The position numbers were made by a program, and so were the translations under genes. Source: Octopus sinensis (lineage: Eukaryota). From it: 64,000 nucleotides of DNA. This document shows, in pieces, positions 13,963 to 26,469 of this stretch. The notes below the pieces were generated by a model. That model did no database searches. It was not told the DNA's origin and saw nothing but the letters and a program-made list of their open reading frames with translations. The number at the start of each line of letters is the position of its first letter. Position 1 is the stretch's first letter. Location: contig NC_043019.1 in NCBI RefSeq assembly GCF_006345805.1, positions 8,121,360 through 8,185,359 on the forward strand, read 5' to 3'.

Positions 13963-16733
13963 CGGACTTGAAACAGATAACAATACTCATAGGAACAAAA
14001 ATAACGACCGCAACAGGGGGATTGACAGGGACCAACAGACAGACATAAAACCCAACACTAATATAAACAACACATATACCAGAAACAGGAACAATGAATA
14101 TATCACTAGCGATGATAGTAATAATGGCAATGGTAGGAATAAAGGTAATAACAATAATAGTGGTAGTAGTAGTGGTGATGGTAACAGTAGAAGTAGTAAT
14201 GAGGATAGTAGTGATAATTGTGGTGGTAATAGGAATACTAGTAGTAGTAGTAGTGGTAATGGTGATAATAATAATAGGAAGGCTGATGTTGGAAACAGTA
14301 ACGATAATGAAGATAACCCTAGAGAGACCATTGACATGTATACCCATCCCTTTGACACTCAATTCTTCAACGTATGCGACAAAACTTATTGCATGAACCG
14401 AATTTATCCAACAACATTACCCTTCAACAAAAGAGTATACATCCCAAGACGTACTAATAACCACATGGAAGCACAGTTCACTATAGCTAGGACCAAACTT
14501 AGACAGATTTTAGGATTATACATTAAGAGACAGAGACAGAATAAGACAGATGCCCAACAACTCGGGATTAAACCTGCATGTGGCCTACAGAAGCTCATTC
14601 AGCGCACGAGGAACGGAGAGGTGATATGCCTTCCCACAGATAAGTCCGGCAGGATGTCAATAGACAGCTTACCGAACTACATCCAGGCAATGCAACCTCA
14701 TATCGCCAATACAAAAGTAACAACTGTACAGGCGCATGAGGAGAGAGAAAAGGTCCTCAATGCCCACATGATGATGTGGACAATTGTTCTGGGACCTCAG
14801 AAACGTACTGCAAAGAATTTCCAAGCCTGGAACAATGATATCCCGGCAGTGTATGGACTTCGCAAGGACCATAAAGGTTTTACTGACCCTATAGCAGGAC
14901 CACCAACAAGACCAGTCTGTGGAGCGAATATCGCTAGCAATTACAGAATCTCCTACTTCCTCTCAATGATCATACGCCCTATAATCAGGATATCACCTGA
15001 TGTGTGTGACAGCACAGAAGATCTCCTAAGCAGGATCAGTGACTGTAACAAAACTTGTGACTTGACAGGATGTATAGTAGGTAGCATGGATGTGGTATCC
15101 CTATACCCATCGATTGACGTAGATTTTGCAGTGGAGAAGTGCGTGGAGATGATCAACGAGAGCCAGGTGGAGTTCTGTAATGTCGACACAGAAGAACTGG
15201 CCTCCTACTTAGACTGACATATAATAGTGAATACTTAGATAAACATAATCTTAGTAGTTTCTGCCCCAGTAGATGTTTAAGAGGTAGACCGCCTACAATT
15301 ACTTCTATGGCTAGGAAGACACATATAGAAAGATGGCGCGGATGGACCAGAGCCATACGGAGCCCCGCAAATGTCCATCAGGTAAAGAAAATGATCGCAC
15401 ATGCACTAGGAGCTAGTATAAGAGTTACCCTAAAAGGCCACACATTTAAATTTAATAATAAAATATATGCCCAGGACGAGGGGGCAGCCATCGGTGTTAG
15501 TATCGCTGGTGATGTGGCCAACCTCTTCATGGTATGGTGGGACAGAAGGCTTAAATAATGCCTACTGCAGAAATCCATACTCGTAAACATGTACTCTCGC
15601 TATGTTGATGATATCAATATAGTAGTAAAGGCACCCCCACAAGAGAGTACTGTTGATATAGTAATAGAAACTAATACTATGGAGAGCATCCAGCAAATAG
15701 CTAACTCCATCCACCAGAGTATTAAGGTCACAATAGACTACCCCACTAAACACCCCAACCATAGACTACCAGTACTAGACACTGAACTCTGGCTAGAAAT
15801 TGTGAAAAATAAAACCCAAATCCTTCATTCATACTATGCAAAACCTATGGCCTCAAAATACCTGATCCACCGGAACTCAGCCATTGCAGGCAATGCCAAA
15901 TTCAATATTTTGATGGCAGACCTCGTCAGAATAATGAGAAATGTGTCACGCATGTGCGAGCCTACAGAATTAAAGAGACACATACAGTATTTCATTCACC
16001 GCATGCAGTTCTCAGGTTACAGCATAAAGAAAGGATCAGAGTATACAAAGGAGCCATGAAGAAATTTGATAATATATTATGTAATGATAGGAATGGGATT
16101 TGCCCACTCTATAGGAACAAGTCATGGAACACTATAGAAAGGACAAAAAGAAAATAGGGAAGGCCAACTCTTGGTATGATAGCCATAAATACCAGAGTGT
16201 CATGTTCGTTGACACCACCCCTGGAGGTGAACTAGCGTACCGCTTTAGAAGGACTCTAGATAAACTTAAACTAAGAATTAAGGTTGTTGAAAAGCCAGGC
16301 AACCCTATCAGATCTATAATTGGTAGAAGCTATCCTTTTAGTAGAACTCTCTGTACGGATAACTATTGCACTGTATGTAGATTTAGCCCACAAAGAACTG
16401 TAAAGCCAGAAATGTGGTCTATAGTATAAGATGTATAGAGGGACGATGCAGTAACAAGACAGTAACATACGTAGGGGAAACTGCAAGAAGCATTGGTGAG
16501 CGGGTGAATGACATTGGAGACAACTCAAGGAAGGTAAAAGCTCATCGATTCTGTACCAACACGCCGAACAAGAACACGGGGGATCAATCAATAACATAGA
16601 GATTAAGATATTGTCCACACATAGAACAGATGCAACAATTAGACAAATTACAGAAGCTACACATATAATAGAAAATAAACCTAGCCTGAATAGAAAACTA
16701 GAATGGAGCAATAGCGCACACCACAACATATGA
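13963..16733 (+). pseudogene. Penelope-like retroelement ORF (RT + Cys-rich linker + GIY-YIG endonuclease), disrupted
   Basis: RT motifs PTDKSG, YGLRKDHK..PPTRPV, GSMDVVSLYPSI, QDEGAAIGVSIAGDVANLFM, YSRYVDDI, LPVLDT. Linker CTDNYCTVC. GIY-YIG VYSIRC..YVGETARSIGER..RQITEATHI..PSLN. Frameshifts near 15210, 16020, 16150, 16397, 16510 and an in-frame TAA at 15556-15558. Confidence 0.95.
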
Positions 16734-17239
16734 CAATAGTGGATCCTGCAAACATAATAAATACACAGGTAATTAAAGAAATAGAAATGAATATCTATAT
16801 ATATGTATATGTGTATATATGTGTATATGTATATGTGTATATATGTGTGTATATATGTATATATATATATATGTATATGTATATGTATGTATATATATAT
16901 ATGTATATGTATATTCTTTTTTTTTTTTTTTTTCGATTAGATTTATTATTATTATTACTAATATTGTTGTTATACATACATACAAGCATATGTAATGATA
17001 ATAATGGGTGGATGTAAACATGAACAAAATTAGAACAACAACAACAACAAAAACAAAATACAATTACAAGAATGTATATAACCAGAAGATACAAATATTA
17101 CAGGCATCCCCCCCACACACACACTAAATAAACATAGACGCACATAGAGATATAAGCATGCGCAAATGAAGACATACAATAGAAATACAAAATGGCTGAC
17201 GGTTAGTAAGGAGAGACAAGTAAGTGAGAAGAAAACAAA

Positions 17240-17284
17240 GGACCACTGATGCGGTCACAGGAGTGTGACGAAAGAACTTTGGCC
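17240..17284 (+). ncRNA. Degenerate type I hammerhead motif in Penelope 3' end
   Basis: GGACCA-CTGATGC-G-GTCACA(ggag)TGTGAC-GAAA-G(aa)C-TT-TGGCC: 6-bp stem II, imperfect stem I, A9 changed to C. Confidence 0.65.
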
Positions 17285-17442
17285 GAAATAAGATTAAGAT
17301 TAATGTAAAAAATAAATATCACTGAAGCAAAATAACACCAAATATATAGTGCGTGTGTTTTTATTGGCTAAACTGGCAATATGACCATTCCGAAATATAA
17401 CAATATGTGGTTGGAAGCAAGCTTCTTACCACACAGTCACTC

Positions 17443-17473
<31 letters not shown>

Positions 17474-17715
17474 TACATATATATGTTTGTGTGTGAACTT
17501 TTATCCTTCACTATGGACCATAATTTCCTGTGACATTCAATATATACATATATACATATGTATATATATATATTACTATATACATACATATATATATAGA
17601 TATATATATAATATATGTGGCGTGTGTGTATATATAGATATATTTTTATATATATATATAAATATACATATGCATATATACATATATATAATAAATATAT
17701 ACATACATATGTATA

Positions 17716-17763
<48 letters not shown>

Positions 17764-18226
17764 ATATATATTATGTATATATACACATATTTCATACATT
17801 TAAAACTACATATATAATTAGGTAAGTTATTTTATAGTATGCAGTATAGTTTAGCTAAGAAATGCAAATGTATTCCCTAATTCCCTGACTAAATAGGTTC
17901 GTTATGATTAGAGTGTCTTTAATAATAATTGGTAGTGTGGATCTGTAGTAAACTGGTTAGAGAAATCACAAACGACTGCAACAAATCGTTTGGTGAATCC
18001 TTATATTTAGGCAATCACCGGTACTTAAAGCAACACATACACTCGTAGGTATATACGCCACAATATACATATGTGTATAAATATGCATGTGTGTCTGTGT
18101 GTGTGTGTGTGTGTGTGCGTTCGTGAATGTATAAACGGATACCTTCACACACACATATATTATGTATAAATGAATGCATTAAATATAGATATACATATGC
18201 ATATGTTACACATAGATATATATATA

Positions 18227-18269
<43 letters not shown>

Positions 18270-18395
18270 TATATATACATAGATATATATACTTCTTTTA
18301 TATATCTTTCTGTTTATATCTGCATGAATATATATATATTAATATATATATATATATGTGTGTATATGTATGTCTATATTATGTATATATATATG

Positions 18396-18440
<45 letters not shown>

Positions 18441-18915
18441 GTATGTGTGTATGTATGTATTCATATATATCTATGTGTGCATATATTTATATATCTATAT
18501 GCATCTGTATATCAATTTATCTATCCCTGTCACCTTACATACACGCGCGCACTCACTCACGCACACACACACACAAACACACACACACATGAAAGAGCAA
18601 CGTCAACACCCCCAACATCATTATTAATAGCAGCGCCATCAATAAAACTTCACACAGTCCAATATCATAAATCGTTGTTGAATTCATATTCCGATAGGCC
18701 ATAGAGAGTGAAAGGCAGAGAAAGAGAAATGCTGAGAGATAGACAGAGTGACATAGAGAGAGAGTGAGACGGAGTGAAAGGCGGAGTGAAATGTTATATA
18801 GAGTAATGTAGAGAAAGAGAGAGAGAGAGCGCATTGATAAAATCTCTCTGCGTTTATCTATAGCTATAATACGGTCAGAAGATGAAAGGGCGATGAGGGG
18901 ATGGAGTCATCTTAC

Positions 18916-19110
18916 GTCATACTTATTGAAATGAATATCTCTAACCGCGCCACCGCCACTCTTCGACTCCCTCGAATAGCACGCTTTCGCATATATTCAC
19001 TCACCGACTGACAATCTCACACGGATTCTTACGCATGCGCAATGACGAAAATAATAGAAAAAAGAAACAAAGATATAACTAACGACATCTACTTCACATT
19101 CTGCTGCGTT
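18916..19110 (-). other. Candidate first exon (copy 2) ending ATGAC|gtaaga
   Basis: Paralogue of 9357-9535. Confidence 0.4.
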
Positions 19111-19502
19111 ACATAAAAGTACTTTGACATAAACATAGACACACCCATCGACAAACACATACACACACACACACACACTTTACACAGACTCACACACACA
19201 CGCACACATGTACACACACACATAGACAATGTATATATATATATCCTGAGCAAGCACGTATATATGCAGAAGTAGGCAAATTTAGCTAAATAACACAAGA
19301 ATATATATGCATGTGTGTATATGCGTTTCCTTGTGTGCGTGTGCGCATGTATGTATCTGTGCCTATGTGTGCGTGTGTGTGTATGTGTGTGTATATGTAC
19401 ATACACACACACATACATATTCATACATATCTATATATATTTGTATCTATAAATAAATAATATATATAATACCATATATATATATATATATGTATATTTA
19501 TA

Positions 19503-19533
<31 letters not shown>

Positions 19534-19589
19534 GTATACACGCACACACTTATGCATAGAGTGTTTGAAGTGGTTTACAGGTATTGTAC

Positions 19590-19716
19590 ATTGAGATAAG
19601 GGAGGCAGTCAGAATTGTGGATAATCCTTTATTAGCGCTTTCGTTCGTTGTTTACGAATTCGTGAAGGCAAAATCAAAATCGAAATAAAAATTCTGACTG
19701 CCTCCTTTTTCTCAAT
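19590..19716 (-). mobile_element. Small fold-back element with ~27-bp inverted arms and a partial hammerhead
   Basis: attgagataagggaggcagtcagaatt versus aattctgactgcctcctttttctcaat. The minus-strand interior reads TTCGT(aaaca)ACGAA-C-GAAA-GCGC-TA-ATAAAGG. Confidence 0.6.
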
Positions 19717-20945
19717 ACACACAGTCACACATTTTCCGTTTGATGAGAAGATCTTAAAATAATCATGCTTCTCGCAGAACGAGGCCGTGACAAGTAATCA
19801 GCCGCTCAAGGACAGCAGTCGCCGTCACTCTAGCGACTAACAATAGAGTTATTGCCACCGAAACTGCAGGTATCATCATTTTTTCGAAACAACCTACTAC
19901 CATTGAAATAGCATCTGCTATCAAAAATATTAAAAAAAAATCTACCACCACTACCACCACCACCACCACTACTACTACTACTATTACTACTACTGTCTCA
20001 TCTCTTCGGAAATGTGATTACCATTGCCGAGTATAAGAAATATATACGACGTTGATAGATTAAAATGACAATGTGATATGTTAGAAGTTGACTTCAATAA
20101 AATATGGATGCGATTGCATTTCCTTATCGTAGAACGGAACCTGGCATTATTTTTGTAAGGTTTTCACAAATTGATATCATTATACGTTGTTTCAAAGAAT
20201 TTCACTTCAAGAAGCTTCATTTTTCGAGTTTATCCCGGCGTATATTTCTCTTTACGTATGCACACGTATACAGAAACACACAAACCATTTGCTGGCATGG
20301 CTGTGTGGTAAAACGTTTGATTCAGAATCACATGATCTCAGGTTCGGTCCCATCAAAGACTTGTGAGTGGAATTCCAAGACTTGTTAGATGGAAACTGAA
20401 AGAAGCCCGTCGTATATATGAGCGGGAGTTAATGTGACGTATTACGCAATCACACATTTCCTTATGATCATTTTAAAATGAAAACTCATAAAACAAAATT
20501 AAACAATTCTGGCACTACAGAATTCTGACACTACTAATGCACTATTTTGCTCACGCACATGCACATATGTCTGTATACATTTGTATGAGTGCGTATCTAT
20601 ATAAGTCTTTGCGTTTGTGCTTCTGTCCCCACTTGACAACCGGCGTTGATTCTCAAAATATATATATAGGATCCTCTAAATATATATATGTGCGTATACA
20701 CAGATAGAGAGGGAAACGTACATATACATAAGTTGAAAACCCCCAAATAATATTTTTCTCTTATTATAGAAACGAAAGGTTTATATTATATTAACTGCTA
20801 TTTCTAATTTTCGGTATGTGGTGAATCAATTTTTGCTGAACCTTAATTATAATTATGCTTATAATTATATAATTATATATATATACACACATATAAATAT
20901 GTATATATACATATATATCTATATACATATAAAATATGTGTGTAT

Positions 20946-20985
<40 letters not shown>

Positions 20986-21559
20986 TATATAATATATATT
21001 AGTGGGAGAACGTATTGAATAGATATACACACACATATGAAGACCGTTTCCAAGACATCTTAACATCACATAAAGTCCCACAGATTTCGTCTCATATTCT
21101 GCCTTCTCTTGAATATATCTTCATTGTTTTCTTCTTAAACAAATCGATCGCAGATGACTATGTAAAAACTTCCACTCTATGGAAATCACAAAATTATCTG
21201 ATATTACAATGCTACAGTAATTAAATCAAATATTTACTTAATTGAGTTCTAAATTACAATTAAGTGCTTTAGATACGAAGCTGTACAAATTATCTAATTA
21301 GAAAACCTTTTACGCTGCATTGCTTAAGTGTACCCAGTGGAGCTAATCAAAATACTGTCCATCTCAGTAGAAGTTACAATAAAGTACGTGCGAACTCACA
21401 GACACCCGACCATACGTTTCCCAAATTTCATAATACTGGTGATAATCAAGATAATGACTATGATGATGAGGAGGGGGAGGATGATGGCGATCACTATATT
21501 CTTATTCTTTTCCTTCTTCTTTTTCTTCTTCTTCTTATTGCTTTTGTTGTTGTTGTTGT

Positions 21560-21561
21560 TA

Positions 21562-21625
<64 letters not shown>

Positions 21626-21830
21626 CATCCTCATCGTCACTATTACGATAGACGTCGCACAGTATGCAATATTATGAGGTTGTCGATTGAAGATATTGTG
21701 TCTACCGTGGGTTTGTACTATTTGTCAAGTCACAACAAGGGCCTCAGACGAACAGTACTTAACGCAATATGCGTGCAGTTCTAAGTAATGCCGATTTTTG
21801 CAATACATCTAGATCGTAAGGTATGTCTAA
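21560..21830 (-). mobile_element. R4/Dong-like non-LTR retrotransposon 3' end with (TAA)n tail
   Basis: Minus strand encodes LDIPYDLDVLQKSALLRTARILR*VL, resembling the R4-clade C-terminus, followed by a short UTR and (TAA)n. Confidence 0.65.
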
Positions 21831-21888
21831 GCGTAATCAGTGATAATATAACTGAGAAAGAAACAAGAAAGTTTATTTCGAACTTCAT

Positions 21889-21971
21889 TAACTAACAGTT
21901 GTTTCGGCTATACCTTGGAATGCACTCTTATTTGAATGCGTGTATATCACCTTATAATTTCGTCGGAGCTT
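21889..21971 (-). ncRNA. Degenerate type I hammerhead motif
   Basis: AAGCT-CCGACGA-AATTATA..TATAGCC-GAAA-CAACTG-TT-AGTT; paralogous to 23038-23120. Confidence 0.55.
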
Positions 21972-21978
21972 CATAAAT

Positions 21979-22078
21979 NNNNNNNNNNNNNNNNNNNNNN
22001 NNNNNNNNNNNNNNNNNNNNNNNNNNNNNNNNNNNNNNNNNNNNNNNNNNNNNNNNNNNNNNNNNNNNNNNNNNNNNN
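21979..22078. other. Assembly gap (100 N)
   Basis: Run of N. Confidence 1.
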
Positions 22079-22453
22079 AAGTTTCAGTTGTAATAAAACT
22101 TATATTATACAGAACACGAATTCAGTGTTCTTTTCTCATTTGTTCATCATAAATAACATACACACACATATATACACACACACTCATACCCATACACACA
22201 TATACACACGCATTCTTTTTAATTTTTCAGTCATTTGACTGCGACCGTGCTGGAGTATCGACTTCAAGGGAGTTGGTAGAAGAAATCGAACCCAGGGCTA
22301 ATTTTTTATGAACTTAGTTCTTATTGTATCCGTCTATTTTGCCGATCCGCTAAGTTATTGGGACAGAAATATTTCGAACGTTGTCACATCAATGCCTGTA
22401 TACTCGCTTGAACGTCTAGCCTTTAACAGAACGAGAACAGTGAAAAAGTTTTC

Positions 22454-22938
22454 AATGACAAAAATATTGCAATACAAATGTATTTCTTTCAATGTATTTC
22501 TTTCCAGTAAAATAAAGAACCGTAAACGCAGAAGTATAAATATAAATATAAAGACAGATTTGAGGTACAACAAGGCACCAATATTTACTGGAAGTATTGT
22601 CCAGGTAAATGCAGCTGATGAAGACTGATCAAATTTACGTTGACAAACGTATTTGAAGAGCCTGAAACCTAGGTACTGCATTATCCGATTCTGGGTTGTC
22701 CATTTATCGAATGTTCTTCCTAGAAATAAGACAAATTTTTCATGTTTGTTGCACTCACTTATCTTTGCCAGTAAATACGCAGTGAAGATTTACCATAGCG
22801 TCGTATTTGTATCGACTGCTATTTCCATTAAATATTGGTGCCTTGTACCACTAATCTATATTTATACTTATACTTCTACCTTTACGGTGCTTTATTTTAC
22901 TGGAAAGTAATACATTTGTATTGCAATATTTTTTCATT
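22454..22938 (+). mobile_element. Fold-back element with ~140-bp inverted arms enclosing a hammerhead
   Basis: Arm 22454-22596 is the diverged reverse complement of about 22818-22938. The right arm ends in (TA)n. Confidence 0.8.
22608..22682 (+). ncRNA. Type I hammerhead ribozyme, canonical core
   Basis: AATGCAG-CTGATGA-AGACT..(TACGTT gaca AACGTA)..AGCCT-GAAA-CCTAGG-TA-CTGCATT. Perfect 7-bp stem I, palindromic stem III (ACCTAGGT), predicted cleavage after 22675. Confidence 0.85.
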
Positions 22939-23037
22939 ATATATATATGTGTGCGTGTGTGTGTGTGTATGTGTGCGTGTGTGTGTGTGTATGTGTTAGA
23001 ATGAGGAAGAAATAAGAAACTGTTTGATGACGTTCAT

Positions 23038-23120
23038 AAGCTTACAGCTGTTTCTATCATAAGAGCCAATGCACAATTATTTGAATGCTTTTCTATCACG
23101 TTATAACTTCATCAGAGCTT
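23038..23120 (-). ncRNA. Type I hammerhead ribozyme motif
   Basis: AAGCT-CTGATGA-AGTTATAA..TTATGATA-GAAA-CAGCTG-TA-AGCTT. Perfect 5-bp stem I and palindrome ACAGCTGT; the first stem II pair is mismatched. Confidence 0.75.
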
Positions 23121-23959
23121 GTGTATCTGAGCTTCTATGAGTGTGTCTGTGAGTGAATGTATTTTTATATAAATGCATCTATTATTTTAAATGATGACTA
23201 ATGCACTTGCGTACTGCAACACAAATCTTTTCAGTGCCAATGCCCGAAAAGGCTTCCACTGAAAATATTTACACACGTAAATACGCCTAGATATATATGC
23301 TTGAGTATATATGCATATGCAGATACACACATGTATATATTTATGTGTTTCTTTGTGTGTGTGTGTGTGTTTGTATAAACCCATACATACATACATACAT
23401 ACATAGAAACGCATTCGGAATGAAAATTTAGCACGCATAGCTTAACTCATAATGCAACATTGCTTTGTGATAAACACAAACAGATGCGTATCATTCAGTT
23501 AGGCAAACTATTAGACGACACCGAGCATAAAATTTACACTTTGTAAAGGTTAGGTTTGTTTAAATCTGTTACTTTGCGTTCACAAGAGATAGAAAATTTA
23601 ACCTTTGCATTATTGAATTAACTTGTTTACAAGCACGCTGATATACGTCTACCTACGTATACATATTTGTTTTTGTGCATATTCGAACTCTTAAACATAC
23701 ATTTTTTAAACAAATACTTACGTATGTACATGTAGAAAATTATAGACACTCATATGTCTGGGTGTGTATTTGTGTACATATGTGTGTGTGTGTGCGTCTG
23801 TAATATAAACCATCCGAATTTCTGAGTACCTCATTCTTCTAATTATATAATATATATATATAATATTATATATATATTATATATATATATATATGTGTGT
23901 GTGTATATGTGTGTGGGTGTGTGTGTGTGTGTGTGTATGTATATATATAGTTATATATT

Positions 23960-24370
23960 CTTTTAGTCTTTTACTTTTTACTGTCAGTTGATTGCGCCCA
24001 TGCTGGAGCACCGCATTTAGTAGAACAAATCGACCCCACTACGTATTAATTGTCGAACGGCTCTGTAACGATGACATAAACGCACCACCATCGATTGTCA
24101 AGCGATGGTGTAGGGATAAACCACAGATCCTCAAATTCATACATACATACATACACACATACATACATACATACTACATACATACATACATACATATACA
24201 CACACATACAGATATATATATATATATATATATATATACTGACGAACTTGATTGAGTTTCAGTCTACCAAATCCATTCAGTTGAAGGCGCACAAGGAACC
24301 ATGCAGTCAGACTTAACTCGGGACCATGTGATTGGGAAACAAACACTCACCACACACCCACTCCTGCGCC
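23960..24370 (-). mobile_element. SINE family A, degenerate
   Basis: ccatgctggagcaccgc tail and accacacacccactcctgcgcc head. Confidence 0.75.
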
Positions 24371-24431
24371 TATATATATATATATATATATATATGTAAA
24401 TATATATATAATATATGCATATATTATATAT

Positions 24432-24473
<42 letters not shown>

Positions 24474-25549
24474 GCATATATACATCATACATCATATATT
24501 TTGTTTTTTTCCTTCTTTGTATAACCACATAACCATAAACTTTCTCACAATTTATCTGTCATTTTATCTGTCTGTATGTTTCTATCTGTACGTGAGTATT
24601 AATATATCCGTTAAACAGAATATATTGCAAGGCTCACAAGCAACAGGTTCAAACCTTGCTCTTTGCGGCTGTTGTCCAATCGGGCCGGAAATGGCCATTG
24701 GGAGAACATCCACGACGATGGGAAGATGAAGTAGCAAATGGTTTGGAACACAGGTGAAAAGAAGGAACGAAGGGCGTAATCAAGAAATAATTATGTTGCT
24801 ACATGTGAATATCTGTGTGTATTTATGTATTGTTGGAAGTGGCACAACCGCAGCAGTGTTTCAGAGAATACTTTGTGGGATTTGTTCCCGTTTACTGTAC
24901 TCTGTAATACGGTTTCTCGCACGAAGAACTTTTCCTTCAAGATACAGCAAATGGCCTCAGTACGCTTATTCATTCATTAAAGTAATACAAAATATAATCA
25001 CACTCGGTTCCAAACGAACTAAAAGCAAAACATTTTTCCGCAAGTCTTTCACCTTCTATGTGATAATTTTCTAATTTCATGCATTGTACATTCTATCATT
25101 TTCTGCCTCATTGTCTACGTGTATCATATTCTTTATTCATTTATTTGCGATATGATTGTCAGAAGTTGTAGGTTGATCAATCCTGCGATATTCTATTTTA
25201 CGAGTGTTGTTGATGAGAATGTTCAAGGAGGGATCCACATAAGATCTACACATGCTGTGCGTCGCCCCTACTTGATGATGACTTGACCCTCCGAAAATGC
25301 GCGAAGAATATCGAATAAATGTGAGGTAACCAGCGATTGAATATGAAAGGTCAATGAGAAAATATTGATTATCCAGTAGAGATGAGTGGACGTAAGAAAT
25401 GTCATTTCATAAGCAAAGAGGGTTTGTAATTTTAAGTAATTTGTAATTAATCTCTCTAGGTATTCATCTATATATCTATCTGTCTGTCTGTCTCTCATTT
25501 TCTGTGTCTCCCACTCCTTTTCTCTCCCCATGATCCCTTTCTCTCACCC

Positions 25550-25599
<50 letters not shown>

Positions 25600-25754
25600 T
25601 ATATTTGCATATATACATGCATACACTAACACACACAGATGAACATACGCACACACGCACATGAGCACACCTCCTCTTCCCTTGCCAAATACACCGGAAA
25701 ACTTAATGAAAATATTCGAAGGTGCGAAGAGAAGATATTCAATTGATATATATA

Positions 25755-25921
25755 GGTGTAGGCCTGGCTGTGTGGATCACCTGGTTCTGGGTTCAATCCC
25801 ACTGCGTGGCATCTTGTCAAAGTCTCTTCTATTGTAACCTCAGGTCAAGCAAAGCCTTGTGGGGAGATTTGGTAGACGGGAACTGAAAGAAGCCCATCGT
25901 ATATATATATAAATTATATAT

Positions 25922-25955
<34 letters not shown>

Positions 25956-25959
25956 ATAT

Positions 25960-26056
<97 letters not shown>

Positions 26057-26297
26057 TGTTTTAGCCTTCAAGTGATGCCATCCCGATGTCTAGGGGAGCA
26101 AGGCTAATAATTCACCCCTGATTGATGGGGAGAATTGGAGCTATGTGAAATAACGTGTTTTGCTCACGAACACAAAAACCGCCCATTCAGGGAATCGCAC
26201 CCACGATCTAGCGATTGTGAGTATAACATGCGTGATCGTATCTACAATATATATATATATATATAATATATATATTATATATATATATATATATATA

Positions 26298-26339
<42 letters not shown>

Positions 26340-26431
26340 ATGTGTATATTTGAATATATATATATGTGTGTGTGCATGTGTGTGTATGTATAATATATAT
26401 ATATATGTATATATGTATGTTTGTATCTATG

Positions 26432-26469
<38 letters not shown>

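Larger units (their letters stand above)
13811..17403 (+). mobile_element. Penelope-like element, approximate extent including 3' UTR and terminal repeat
   Basis: The ORF above, a microsatellite-containing 3' UTR and a hammerhead-like motif at 17240-17284. The 5' boundary lies next to (TA)n. Both ends are approximate. Confidence 0.75.

Noticed and set aside
13952-14396. Hydrophobic overlapping ORFs
   Set aside because: Alternative frames of the trinucleotide-rich tract in the Penelope ORF.
15215-15217. TGA in the Penelope RT as possible selenocysteine recoding (as reported for Naiad elements)
   Set aside because: The protein continues in another frame from about 15210, and a TAG follows in the TGA frame, so this is a frameshift.
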